This document shows positions 10,601 through 19,098 of a DNA stretch of 64,000 nucleotides, one piece after another. The position numbers and the translations under genes are program-made. Within the stretch, counting starts at the first letter, position 1. Every line of letters starts with the position of its first letter. Source of the DNA: a candidate division FCPU426 bacterium. Its GTDB lineage: Bacteria; Oederibacteriota; PGYV01; Palsa-1178. The DNA lies in the NCBI GenBank assembly GCA_963840035.1, contig CAWIXE010000001.1:864001-928000 (forward strand). The letters run 5' to 3'. The notes beneath the pieces are model-generated. The model had not been told where the DNA came from, made no database searches, and saw nothing but the letters and a program-made list of their open reading frames with translations.

Positions 10601-11400
10601 CTTATACAAAGACCCATACGGTTACATTGACGTCAACCGCCACTAAAACATATACCCCTGAAAATACCGCGACGAGAACAGCCACGGAAACATTTACCGC
10701 GACTGAGACATTTACCGTGACGGTGACGCTCACGCATACTGCCACGCCGACTTTTACCATATCGCGGACGCACACCATAACCCAGACTGCGACTCAGACC
10801 ATAACAGGCACACCGCCCACTGAAACCTATACGCCGTCCATAACGCAGACTTGGACCAGTTCAGCCACCTATACGAATACGGCGACAAAGACTGCGACGG
10901 TCACGCTGACATCCTCGCCGGTTAATACCTCCACTTTTACAGCCACTCATTCGCCGACCTTAAACCCCAGTTCTACATCAACACCGGCGGCGACTGACAC
11001 AAAGACATCCACGCCCGCGCCGAGCGCCACGATAACACACACATATACGCCCGGCTTTACATCAACCCCGACTCCGGTTGCCACCACCACCGGGTTCCAC
11101 ATAGATGAAGAAAAAGTTTATCCCTGCCCGTATGACGGGAAAAGCGGGGGATTAAAAATAACATTCAGGTCCACTAAAAACCTGAAAAACGCCTCGGCCA
11201 GGATATATACCACCGGCTACAGGCTTGTGACAAAAACCAGGGATACCGGGGCAAGGGAAGTGGGCAGGGTCATAATGGACATTCCAACCGGCGATTTAAA
11301 AGGCCTGGCAGCAGGTTCGTACTACTATATTATAGACGCTGAGTCAGACGACTCCATAAAAGTTGTATCAAAAATAGGGCTCATACAGATTATAAAGTAA
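7651..11400 (+). CDS. Secreted GH8 endoglucanase-like enzyme with two CBM11-like modules, Thr-rich linkers and YPNP-type CTD
   Basis: Signal peptide; GH8 motifs TVSEGIGYGM, ATDADEDVA, NPSYFAP and DACRHPWR; two FDDFETG...IYIDNI(Q/K)F modules; C-terminal YPCP..IYTTGYRLV..LAAGSYY domain. Confidence 0.85.
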   Translation: MKRHFILIALIFNFIFSIFNYSFADTCTMPFPQNATYPYGIKPDNYTQSQMAQHCLDWYNLWRAKYVTNNGCNAGEYRLQRTETGDLVYNINNDTVSEGIGYGMVIMVYMSSATNNTKQYFDGMWNYYWRYRNGNNLMNWRINGAGGQAPNGANGATDADEDVAFALIAADKQWGSGGVINYKQKATDLIGEILSHEIEADFDIRPGDGWDYGNPSYFAPYEYRMFGDYTANNAWYNAATHTYNTIVKYYYNSPLTYNSGLGISTGLQPNWCAYDGTPQHAGGYPTDSQFWWDACRHPWRQSYDYLLYGTQNHQLAYDNNYRISYFFKTKYAGDPSLILSHYNLNGTEMTWKTSDHPENDYDTAHPHTDLALEDVMNLPGVVGAIGIASMVEGDQDWTNSLYDRLVNMDAGNGPGQLTETNISWGTDYFCDILKMQYLLIMTGNMPNPLGNYPSPTPTNTWDILQPTYTATPVVGQGMFDDFETGSLKNLDLPAAQTGFTGVINSGDLPYTGTRSVKITSVNNGWGGFGIDSPYAGASGYRNFSGATAIEFDIRSSAALTFFIKIIENNGEEWSNRGATRSITANTWTHITITIASLAVDYVVGDNVKDLSVIQKFFLQTNTPPGAAIYIDNIQFTGPIATYTRTVTASPTKTPFGTKTITPTFSKTATNTPYFTPTITPTFTATGTDTPYYSPTNTPTFTSTVSVAFGIFDDFETGVLESPDQSTSGCAPEYSNSTARPNTGSRSLLSPYTACQPGGWGSYIAIGSPYNTATDPDFYRDFTGATAIEFYIYAPANTNFFIKLEEWDSGMGGTNPDGEDWYNKASTTITAGQANIWTKITYNLTTGATGIFGQYGSSGRQGGNGALNLSGIERVGFQFNGGTTGPIYIDNIKFTGMSTPTYTRTPSYTRTSTRTPLITPTFTKTSTGTPTTEDTATLTGTPSRTYTATFTATNTPQQPTNTFTMTYTATATYIIMVYSPTFTPTYTKTHTVTLTSTATKTYTPENTATRTATETFTATETFTVTVTLTHTATPTFTISRTHTITQTATQTITGTPPTETYTPSITQTWTSSATYTNTATKTATVTLTSSPVNTSTFTATHSPTLNPSSTSTPAATDTKTSTPAPSATITHTYTPGFTSTPTPVATTTGFHIDEEKVYPCPYDGKSGGLKITFRSTKNLKNASARIYTTGYRLVTKTRDTGAREVGRVIMDIPTGDLKGLAAGSYYYIIDAESDDSIKVVSKIGLIQIIK

Positions 11401-11427
11401 TTGCTGCATAAAATTTGATGACGGGTT

Positions 11428-11466
11428 AAAAGAGGGGCGGCTTGATGTGCCGCCCTTGATTTTTTT
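11428..11466 (+). terminator. Probable intrinsic terminator
   Basis: GGGCGGC-TTGATGT-GCCGCCC stem followed by a T-rich run after the GH8 stop. Confidence 0.55.
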
Positions 11467-11510
11467 CAGGTTTTGCATTACAATGAAGAAAATAGGGAAG
11501 GGATGTGCAT

Positions 11511-12524
11511 ATGAGGGCTACAACCATAAAGGACATAGGAAAAAAGCTGGGCGTAAGCCACACTACTGTATCCAGGGCAATTACCGGCGATACGCGCATA
11601 AGCGAAAAGACAAGGGCCCTGGTGCTAAAGACAGCCAAAGAGATGCACTATACCCCGAACGCGGCGGCCCGCGGGCTTGTCAGGGGAAAATCAAACACCG
11701 TGGCCATAGTGGCTCCGACATATTTCGCCAACTTCTCCACGGATATCATGAGGGGCATAGAGCCTGAAATGATAAAGACCCGCTATGATATCAACTACTA
11801 CTCCACAAGCATGTACACCACCATAGGCACACAGGGCAGGGACAACTATGTTTTTGAAAAGATACTAAACGAGAAAAAAGCGGATGCCATCATAATATTG
11901 AATACTTCGCTCATGGGCGAGGACGGGATACTAGAGCGTTATAAAAAAGCGGGCATTCATGTGGTGTATATAGAAGGCGGCGGAGACTGGGGTCACAGGG
12001 TGCATTACGACAACCACATGGCCGCGTCCCTGGCTGTAAAGCACCTGATAGAGCGGGGCAGGAAAAGGATAGGGCTTCTAATCGGCAACTGGCAGTATGT
12101 GGCTTCACAGAAGGAAAGGGTTGACGGGTTTAAAAAAGGCATGCAGGAATACGGCGGAAAGCTGGAAAAGGAATCCATCTACAGTTTTTACGAGGACTTC
12201 GGGGATGAGTGCAGGAACGCGCTCCATCATTTTATAGAAAATAAGATAAACGCCATTTACGTCGGCACCGGGGACGAGGACGCGGCAAAAATAATAGCTG
12301 AAGCAAACAAGCTCGGGTTAAAGGTTCCGGAAGACCTCTCGATAGTCGGGCAGGATGATATCAGGATGGCCGGATACCTGGGATTAACCACAGTCAAGCA
12401 GCCAATAGTGGCAATGGGGCAGAAAGCCGTGGAGCTCGCGGTGAATGCCATAGAAAAAAATGAAGTAAAGAACATGCGGGATGAAATTTTTTACCCTGAA
12501 CTCATAATCAGAAAGACCACATAA
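11511..12524 (+). CDS. LacI-family transcriptional repressor
   Basis: HTH TIKDIGKKLGVSHTTVSRAI, hinge YTPNAAARGL and sugar-binding domain ending LTTVKQP...PELIIRKT. Confidence 0.93.
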   Translation: MRATTIKDIGKKLGVSHTTVSRAITGDTRISEKTRALVLKTAKEMHYTPNAAARGLVRGKSNTVAIVAPTYFANFSTDIMRGIEPEMIKTRYDINYYSTSMYTTIGTQGRDNYVFEKILNEKKADAIIILNTSLMGEDGILERYKKAGIHVVYIEGGGDWGHRVHYDNHMAASLAVKHLIERGRKRIGLLIGNWQYVASQKERVDGFKKGMQEYGGKLEKESIYSFYEDFGDECRNALHHFIENKINAIYVGTGDEDAAKIIAEANKLGLKVPEDLSIVGQDDIRMAGYLGLTTVKQPIVAMGQKAVELAVNAIEKNEVKNMRDEIFYPELIIRKTT

Positions 12525-12621
12525 ACTAAAAAGGGACGTTTTTTACCTTTTCACGCAAAAACCTCAAAAATCATTAACCAGTTAACCAGCCCGTTTTCAT
12601 GTTAAAACTGGCACGCCTATT

Positions 12622-12703
12622 GTTTCACGTGTTAAACTTGACAATAACGTTCATATTTAGTATAACTATAGTAGTTCACACGTGTGAATTGCACACGTGT
12701 GGA
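12622..12703 (+). promoter_or_regulatory. Sigma70 promoter with LacI-type CACGTG operators
   Basis: TTGACA(12638)-17 bp-TATAAC(12661). Palindrome TTCACACGTGTGAA at 12675-12688, second site TGCACACGTGTGGA at 12690-12703, third CACGTG site abutting the -35. Confidence 0.75.
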
Positions 12704-12794
12704 ATAGCAGAAAACGGAAGCATGCCTTCCGTATTTTTTTCGGCCGACCGGTTAATCGTTACAATAAAACCGGCGGTTCTATAAGGAGATTACA

Positions 12795-15700
12795 ATGGGT
12801 ATCAAAGCAATCGGGGTTGTAAGAAATTTAATTCTGGTTTTTGCGGTGACCTTCTTGTCAGCGGCCGCGGCTAATGCCGGAACTTCCAGCGTGAACGCAG
12901 GTGTTACCCACCAGGTCATCCGCGGTTTCGGAGCGAGCAATGCCTGGTCTGACTGCGGTTCCTGCACCCCTGGCAGCGCGAAGAACGCCTGGTTTACCCC
13001 GGCCAATCTTGACATGCTTTTTTCCACCAGCGGAAACGGCATCGGCCTTTCCATAATAAGAATGCGTATCCCGCCTGATTCGTCCCAGTTCGGAAGCGCC
13101 ATTGCGCCCGTGCAGGGGGCAGCGGCAAGGGGAGCAATAGTCATGGCCACGGAGTGGACGCCGCCGCCGCAGTGGAAGAGCGCGAATACAACGGCTAACT
13201 CCAACGGCGAGTACCTGCTGCCTGCCAATTACCAGAATTACGCGAATTACCTCCGGGATTTTGTCAATACCATGAAAAACACTTACAACGTCAACATATA
13301 CGCTTTATGCGGTTCCAACGAGCCTGATTACAAGGTGAGTTATGACGGCTGCTCGTGGGACGGCACCCAGGAATTGAATTTCATCAAGAATTACCTGGGG
13401 CCGACTTTTGCGACGGCAGGGCTGGCAACGAAAATAATCGTCGGTGAGTCATACGCGAATAATTTCGCGATTACCGACCCTACCCTCAATGACCCCGTAG
13501 CGGCAAATTACGTATCAATAGCCGCGGTACACACATACGGCGGCGGGCCTTCTGCTTACCCGCTGGCAGTGTCAAAGGGCAAGGAGTACTGGATGACAGA
13601 GATGGCTAATTTTCAGCCGTACGAAAGCGACATGACCGGTACAAACGGTGGCGGGCTTGTCTGGGCGGGAAGGATTCACACCGGGCTCGTGAACTCGGAA
13701 TATAACGCTTGGATTTACTGGTGGCTGTCCTCGGACGCCAGCAATGAGGGGCTCACACACCCGACTCTCGGCAACCCGAAACGTTTTTACGTCATGGGCA
13801 ATTACAGCAAGTTTATCAGGCCCGGATTTATAAGGATAGACGCGTCGCAGCCGGGTTCGGGAGTCACATGCTCGGCTTATAAGGAGCCGTCCGGAACAGG
13901 CTATGTAATAGTGGCGATTAATACAGGCGCCGCAGTGAACACCACGTTTAACCTGACAGGAATAAGCGCCGCGTCATTTACGCCGCATATTACTTCATCA
14001 TCACTGAACCTGGCAGCGCAGGCAGCGGTGACGGTATCGGGCAGTTCGTTTACCTACACACTCCCGGCGCAGAGCGTGGTGAGTTTTGTCGCCAGCGGGC
14101 CCCCGGCCACCGCCACACACACTCCGAACCCGGCATGGTCCAAAACTTTTACGCCGACAGCTTCCCCCACGCCGTACGGCGTGATGCTCGACACCATGGA
14201 GGACGGGGATAACGCGAACAACTGGGGCGGCAACTGGTACTCGTACTCAGGGACAGGAACAACCATTACGCCTAAACCCTTTAACATGACAGCGGGAGGC
14301 ATGACAGGCTCGGCAAACTACAGGGCCTCAATAATAGCCACAGTGGCTGACTATGCCGGCATGGGAACAAACTTAAACGCGGCTGAGACAGCGGTGGACA
14401 TGACAAACTACACATCCGTTGAGTTCTATGTAAAAGGAAACGGCGGATCGTACTGGTTTCAGTTTACGCAGCCATCCATAACAGACGGCGATAATTTCGG
14501 CATGACATTTACAGCGCCTGCCACGTGGACAAAAGTGACTATACCGCTGGACGCGGAAGTACTTACCCAGCGCGGTTACGGCGCGGCGTCAACATTTACA
14601 AAGAACGCGATAGCCGCGCTGCAGTGGGCGAGCAACGCCAACGGCGCGCTTGACATACAGATAGATAACGTGCAGTTTTTGTCTTCAGTGCCAATGTCGC
14701 CGACAAATACCCCGCCCGTACCTACGTCCACATTCACAAGGACCCCTGTGCCGCCTACAGCGACGTTTACAAAGACAAATACAGCTGTGGCGCCTACGGG
14801 CACATTTACAAGGACGCCCGTACCGCCGACTTCAACGTTTACAATGACAAATACGCCTGTACCGCCCACGGCGACACAGACAAAAACAAATACGGCTGTC
14901 GCGCCCACATCGACAAGCTCGGCAGTGCCTTCAGCCACTAACACGCAGATTATTCCGGTGAATACGGCAACGGCAACCGCTGTAATTCCTTCAGCCACGC
15001 CTACGGCAAATATCCCGGTACCGACAAACACAAATACGGCAGTACCGCCCACGGCGCTTCCCACGAACACAAACACGGCAGTACCGCCCACGGCGCTTCC
15101 CACGAACACAAACACGGCAGTACCGCCCACGGCGCTTCCCACTAACACAAACACGGCAGTACCGCCCACGGCGCTTCCCACGAACACAAATACGGCAGTG
15201 CCGCCGACTGCGATGCCGACGAAGACAAATACCCCTGTACCGCCGACAGCATTGCCGACAAAAACAAATACGCCATATATCCCGGCCGCAAGCGCGACAT
15301 TTACGCCGACCACGGGCCCGGTTATTATTTCGTTTAAGATAATGCTGAAGGAAGCCGACAATAATAACAGCACAAACAGTCCGCACCCGCAGTTCCGGAT
15401 AGTCAACACGGGCAATATGCCGCTTAACTTAAATAACGTGGAGGTCAGGTACTGGTTCAACTGTGACTGCACAGGCCAGGCGCTGCAGGTATATGTGGAC
15501 TATGCAGATTTGAAATCGGGTAATTCCGTAACAGCGGTAACATCAAAATTAAACACTGCAATTGCAGCTACAACGCTCGGAAATCAGTCGCATTATGTCT
15601 CGTTCAGGTTTAACAGCGGCACAATGCCGGCAATAATAGTGCCGCCGGGAGATCATGCAGAAGTGCAGGCCAGGTTCAACAAGTCTGACTGGTCGCCCAT

Positions 15701-16175
15701 GCTGCAGTCAAATGACTGGAGCTATACAAACACGTCTAATTTCATCGACTGGAATAAAGTAACGGGATACACTAACGGAACCCTTGTTTACGGGCAGGAA
15801 CCGGCCTCGGCGGCAAGCACTCTGAAGGTGGCCAGTGTAACCACCTACCCGAACCCGGCGCAGCAGTCAGCCGGAGCGACCATCAAATACACGATCAACA
15901 GTTCAGGCACAACAGCGCTTTCAGCGAATGAGGCCGGCATCACGGACCCGTCAGCAACTGTTGTCATTCAGATGTACACGGTATACGGCAGGCTTGTATG
16001 GGAGAAAAAACTAAGCGGCGCGCCTTATGTTTCCACGGGCGAACACGTGACGCAGTGGGATGGAAAAGTTATGGGCACATCCACCCTTGCAGCCGGATTA
16101 TATACGCTGAAAGTTTCCATAACATCAAACGACGGGACAAGCAACGGCTTTTCCAGGATGGTGCTTTTAAAATAG
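12795..16175 (+). CDS. Secreted GH30 xylanase with CBM11-like and CBM3 modules, Pro/Thr linker and FlgD-Ig/T9SS-like CTD
   Basis: QVIRGFGAS, NEPDY and YWMTE (catalytic Glu residues); LDTMEDGD...IQIDNVQF module; CBM3 FRIVNTG..EVRYWF..QSNDWS; YPNP..WDGK..LAAGLY CTD. Confidence 0.88.
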   Translation: MGIKAIGVVRNLILVFAVTFLSAAAANAGTSSVNAGVTHQVIRGFGASNAWSDCGSCTPGSAKNAWFTPANLDMLFSTSGNGIGLSIIRMRIPPDSSQFGSAIAPVQGAAARGAIVMATEWTPPPQWKSANTTANSNGEYLLPANYQNYANYLRDFVNTMKNTYNVNIYALCGSNEPDYKVSYDGCSWDGTQELNFIKNYLGPTFATAGLATKIIVGESYANNFAITDPTLNDPVAANYVSIAAVHTYGGGPSAYPLAVSKGKEYWMTEMANFQPYESDMTGTNGGGLVWAGRIHTGLVNSEYNAWIYWWLSSDASNEGLTHPTLGNPKRFYVMGNYSKFIRPGFIRIDASQPGSGVTCSAYKEPSGTGYVIVAINTGAAVNTTFNLTGISAASFTPHITSSSLNLAAQAAVTVSGSSFTYTLPAQSVVSFVASGPPATATHTPNPAWSKTFTPTASPTPYGVMLDTMEDGDNANNWGGNWYSYSGTGTTITPKPFNMTAGGMTGSANYRASIIATVADYAGMGTNLNAAETAVDMTNYTSVEFYVKGNGGSYWFQFTQPSITDGDNFGMTFTAPATWTKVTIPLDAEVLTQRGYGAASTFTKNAIAALQWASNANGALDIQIDNVQFLSSVPMSPTNTPPVPTSTFTRTPVPPTATFTKTNTAVAPTGTFTRTPVPPTSTFTMTNTPVPPTATQTKTNTAVAPTSTSSAVPSATNTQIIPVNTATATAVIPSATPTANIPVPTNTNTAVPPTALPTNTNTAVPPTALPTNTNTAVPPTALPTNTNTAVPPTALPTNTNTAVPPTAMPTKTNTPVPPTALPTKTNTPYIPAASATFTPTTGPVIISFKIMLKEADNNNSTNSPHPQFRIVNTGNMPLNLNNVEVRYWFNCDCTGQALQVYVDYADLKSGNSVTAVTSKLNTAIAATTLGNQSHYVSFRFNSGTMPAIIVPPGDHAEVQARFNKSDWSPMLQSNDWSYTNTSNFIDWNKVTGYTNGTLVYGQEPASAASTLKVASVTTYPNPAQQSAGATIKYTINSSGTTALSANEAGITDPSATVVIQMYTVYGRLVWEKKLSGAPYVSTGEHVTQWDGKVMGTSTLAAGLYTLKVSITSNDGTSNGFSRMVLLK
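15021..15274 (+). repeat. Coding tandem repeat, 39 bp (PTNTNTAVPPTAL), about 6.5 copies
   Basis: Near-identical 39-bp units starting at 15021, 15060, 15099, 15138, 15177 and 15216. Confidence 0.9.
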
Positions 16176-16198
16176 TGCTGTTTTAAAATGTTTGCCAA

Positions 16199-16389
16199 GT
16201 AGAGACGGGGCTGGTTCCCGTCGCAGACAACGGCGCGGAGATTCAACCGAGACGCCCGCGAGGGGCGTCTTTACGGATTTTATTTTTTTGATGGATTGAC
16301 AACGAAAAAAACTTGTAGAGACGTGGCTAGTCCCCGTCTCAGACAACTGCACGTTTAAACCGAGACGCCCGCGAGGGGCGTCTCTACGG
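16199..16389. repeat. Two tandem REP doublets (GTAGAGACG...CGTCTCTAC family)
   Basis: Units at 16199 and 16315, each GTAGAGACG-hairpin...CCGAGACGCCCGCGAGGGGCGTCT(C/T)TAC. Confidence 0.8.
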
Positions 16390-16423
16390 ATTTTATATAA
16401 TAATGATTCAAAGCGAGGCAAAG

Positions 16424-18496
16424 ATGAAAAGGCAGGTCTTAAAAGCACTTGTGCTGGCGTTGCTTCTTATTGCCGGTGTGGACCTGTTCGCTGCAGACAA
16501 GCAGTATGCTTTCGCCCTTGATTATTCCGCCATACCCGCGGATATATTCAAAAAGCAGATAACCATAAGCGTGTCAGTGGGAACGGCAGCCTCGTGCAAT
16601 GTAACCGCGGACGGAGTGAGCATCGCAAATAATTATAACGCCGCAGCCGGGACATGCTGGTTCTCGCTTACAAGGACTGCCGCAAGCGTAGTGGTTACCG
16701 CGGTGAACTGGACAGCCGGAGGAACGGGCGCCGCCACAAAGACAACCCTTTTCAACAACAAAAAATGGGCTTACTCCTTCACCTTTGACGACAATTACGC
16801 CGCGGATTATACGATTGTATACCCATACTTTTCCGCGAGGAATTTAAGGGCGGGCATAGGTGTTGTCACAAACTGGATAGGCGGGGGAGGGTACTTAAAC
16901 AGGACGCAGCTTGACGCGCTTTTTAACGCGGGCTGGTCTATCATAAACCATTCTGTCAGCCACCCTCAGGGGACGATATCCTGCTCTAACCTTGCCGCAA
17001 ATATAGGCGCGGCAAAAACCACGCTGGAGTCATGGTACCCGACAAACTATAAAAACATATGGTATATATATCCGTATCTGGAAATGGGTTATAAGACCTG
17101 CTTGTCCACAGCCGGTTACGTGCGCGGGGCAGAAGGCGTGGACGGCACTAATTACGTGGATAATTTCCCCACTGATTTTTACAACACATACAGGCACGGG
17201 CTTTACGCGAATGTCCCGGCTGCCACGGCAAATGGCTGGGCTGATTCAGCGGCGTCAAACGCAAGGCCCGTGTGGATGATAACATTTACCCACAACACCG
17301 TGGCGGGCAGCGGATCTCCGGGAACTTATGATACCAATCAGGCAACACTTGAATCGCACATCAATTACGTGTACACCACATACGGCGAGGGCGGGACAAC
17401 AAAGAACATGTGGTTCGCGCCCTCCGATGAAGTGCTTATGTACCTTTATACGAGGCAATACCTCGTTATCAGCGCTGTGGCTGTCCAGACGCCGACAAAC
17501 ACGCCAATAATAGCCACACATACATTTACACCATCTAAAACATATACATGGACCGCTACCGTCACCCATACGGCAACAAGGACCATAACAGCCTCGCCGA
17601 TTAATACCGCCACACATACGCCGACAGTCACGCTCACATCAAGCCGCAGCGCTACAGCCAGCCCGACGTTTTCACCTGTTAACACGGCGACATTTACCGC
17701 CACTGTTTCCTCCACGCACACGGCAACAACAAACCCCACGGAAACTTTTACTGAAACAAAATCCTGCACACAAACGCAAACCCCGGCAATATCTTCCACG
17801 GGTACATCCACGGCCCAGCCGACGCATACCGCTACGCTGGTTCATACTGATACGGCGACATTAACGGCCACGCCGCAGCACAGCGCGACATTAACGGCGA
17901 CAGCCACGCCCACAAGTCCGGCAGCGGAAACCTCTACAAATACGCCATTATCAACTGCCACAAATACTCCGGCAGATACCTCAACCGTTACGCCGCAGCC
18001 GACAAAAACAAATACATCCCAGCCGTCCGCGACAAATACTTTTACAGCGGTTATCATACCATCAGCCACTGTTACGCCTACAAGCACGGCAACAAAGATA
18101 TCAACCGCCGTGCCCACTCAGACAAACACCCCGGCCGTACCGTCGCCGACATTTACCCCGACAGCCGCCGCAACACAAGCGGATTTCAGGGTAACGGTGG
18201 AAAACATTTATCCAAATCCGTACTATCCGGCGAAATCCGACGTTAAGCTTATAATACACGTGAATAATAATTCCGGATGGTACAGCCTGAAGATTTACAC
18301 ATCCGCGTTCCGGCTCGTCAGGAACATACCCCTTTATGGCAACCCCGCAGCAGGCAGGGATGTGCTTACGGCAAACCGCAGGAATTTCGCAGGGCTTTCC
18401 GGCGGGACATATTACTACGCGCTCGCGGCAGTATCGGACAAGGGCGCCACTGTATTGAGTAAACCCGGTTATATCATGATACTAAATACACCTTAA
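16424..18496 (+). CDS. Secreted polysaccharide deacetylase (CE4/NodB-like) with Thr-rich linker and YPNP-type CTD
   Basis: AYSFTFDD, GWSIINHSVSHP and YPY motifs; signal peptide; CTD YPNPY..IYTSAFRLV..LSGGTYYY. Confidence 0.8.
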   Translation: MKRQVLKALVLALLLIAGVDLFAADKQYAFALDYSAIPADIFKKQITISVSVGTAASCNVTADGVSIANNYNAAAGTCWFSLTRTAASVVVTAVNWTAGGTGAATKTTLFNNKKWAYSFTFDDNYAADYTIVYPYFSARNLRAGIGVVTNWIGGGGYLNRTQLDALFNAGWSIINHSVSHPQGTISCSNLAANIGAAKTTLESWYPTNYKNIWYIYPYLEMGYKTCLSTAGYVRGAEGVDGTNYVDNFPTDFYNTYRHGLYANVPAATANGWADSAASNARPVWMITFTHNTVAGSGSPGTYDTNQATLESHINYVYTTYGEGGTTKNMWFAPSDEVLMYLYTRQYLVISAVAVQTPTNTPIIATHTFTPSKTYTWTATVTHTATRTITASPINTATHTPTVTLTSSRSATASPTFSPVNTATFTATVSSTHTATTNPTETFTETKSCTQTQTPAISSTGTSTAQPTHTATLVHTDTATLTATPQHSATLTATATPTSPAAETSTNTPLSTATNTPADTSTVTPQPTKTNTSQPSATNTFTAVIIPSATVTPTSTATKISTAVPTQTNTPAVPSPTFTPTAAATQADFRVTVENIYPNPYYPAKSDVKLIIHVNNNSGWYSLKIYTSAFRLVRNIPLYGNPAAGRDVLTANRRNFAGLSGGTYYYALAAVSDKGATVLSKPGYIMILNTP

Positions 18497-19012
18497 CCCT
18501 TACCCTTAATTCTTATCCTTAGCCTTTAGACCTTGCTGTAAAAAAGCAAAGGCTAAGAGCTAAGGGTACGGGATAAGGATGAGGGTTAAGGAGTGCCTTA
18601 ACCCTTACCCTTAATTCTTATCCTTAGCCTTTAGACCTTGCTGTAAAAAAGCAAAGGCTAAGAGCTAAGGGTAAGGGATAAGGATGAGGGTTAAGGAGCG
18701 CCTTAACCCTTACCCTTAATTCTTATCCTTAGCCTTTAGACCTTGCTGTAAAAAAGCAAAGGCTAAGAGCTAAGGGTACGGGATAAGGATGAGGGTTAAG
18801 GAGTGCCTTAACCCTTACCCTTAATTCTTATCCTTAGCCTTTGGACCTTGCTATAAAAAAGCAAAGGCTAAGAGCTAAGGGTAAGGGATAAGGATGAGGG
18901 TTAAGGAGCGCCTTAACCCTTACCCTTAATTCTTATCCTTAGCCTTTGGACCTAGCTGATTAAAAAGCAAAGTCTAAGAGCTAAGGGTAAGGGTTAAGTA
19001 TAAGGGTTAAGG
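18491..19012. repeat. Tandem array of five 105-bp imperfect palindromes built from CCTTA/TAAGG hexamer-like units
   Basis: Units start at 18491, 18596, 18701, 18806 and 18911. Each reads CCTTAACCCTTACCC...GAGGGTTAAGG, joined by AGTG or AGCG. Confidence 0.95.
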
Positions 19013-19042
19013 GAACCGTATATAACCCCGCCCCGTATGATA

Positions 19043-19071
19043 TTGATTTATCCAGGTTAATAATTTATAAT
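19043..19071 (+). promoter_or_regulatory. Sigma70-type promoter for the lacI pair
   Basis: TTGATT-17 bp-TATAAT upstream of the GGGGAG RBS. Confidence 0.6.
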
Positions 19072-19098
19072 AGGTTTATATTCAAAAGGGAGAATGTT

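Noticed and set aside
14576..15472. Long antisense ORFs (Val/Gly/Ala-rich) opposite Thr-rich linkers, here and at 29410, 31446 and 45094
   Set aside because: Shadows of ACN-rich low-complexity coding sequence on the + strand.
18491..19012. CRISPR array
   Set aside because: Units are near-identical over their whole 105 bp with no unique spacers, and there are no cas genes in the window.
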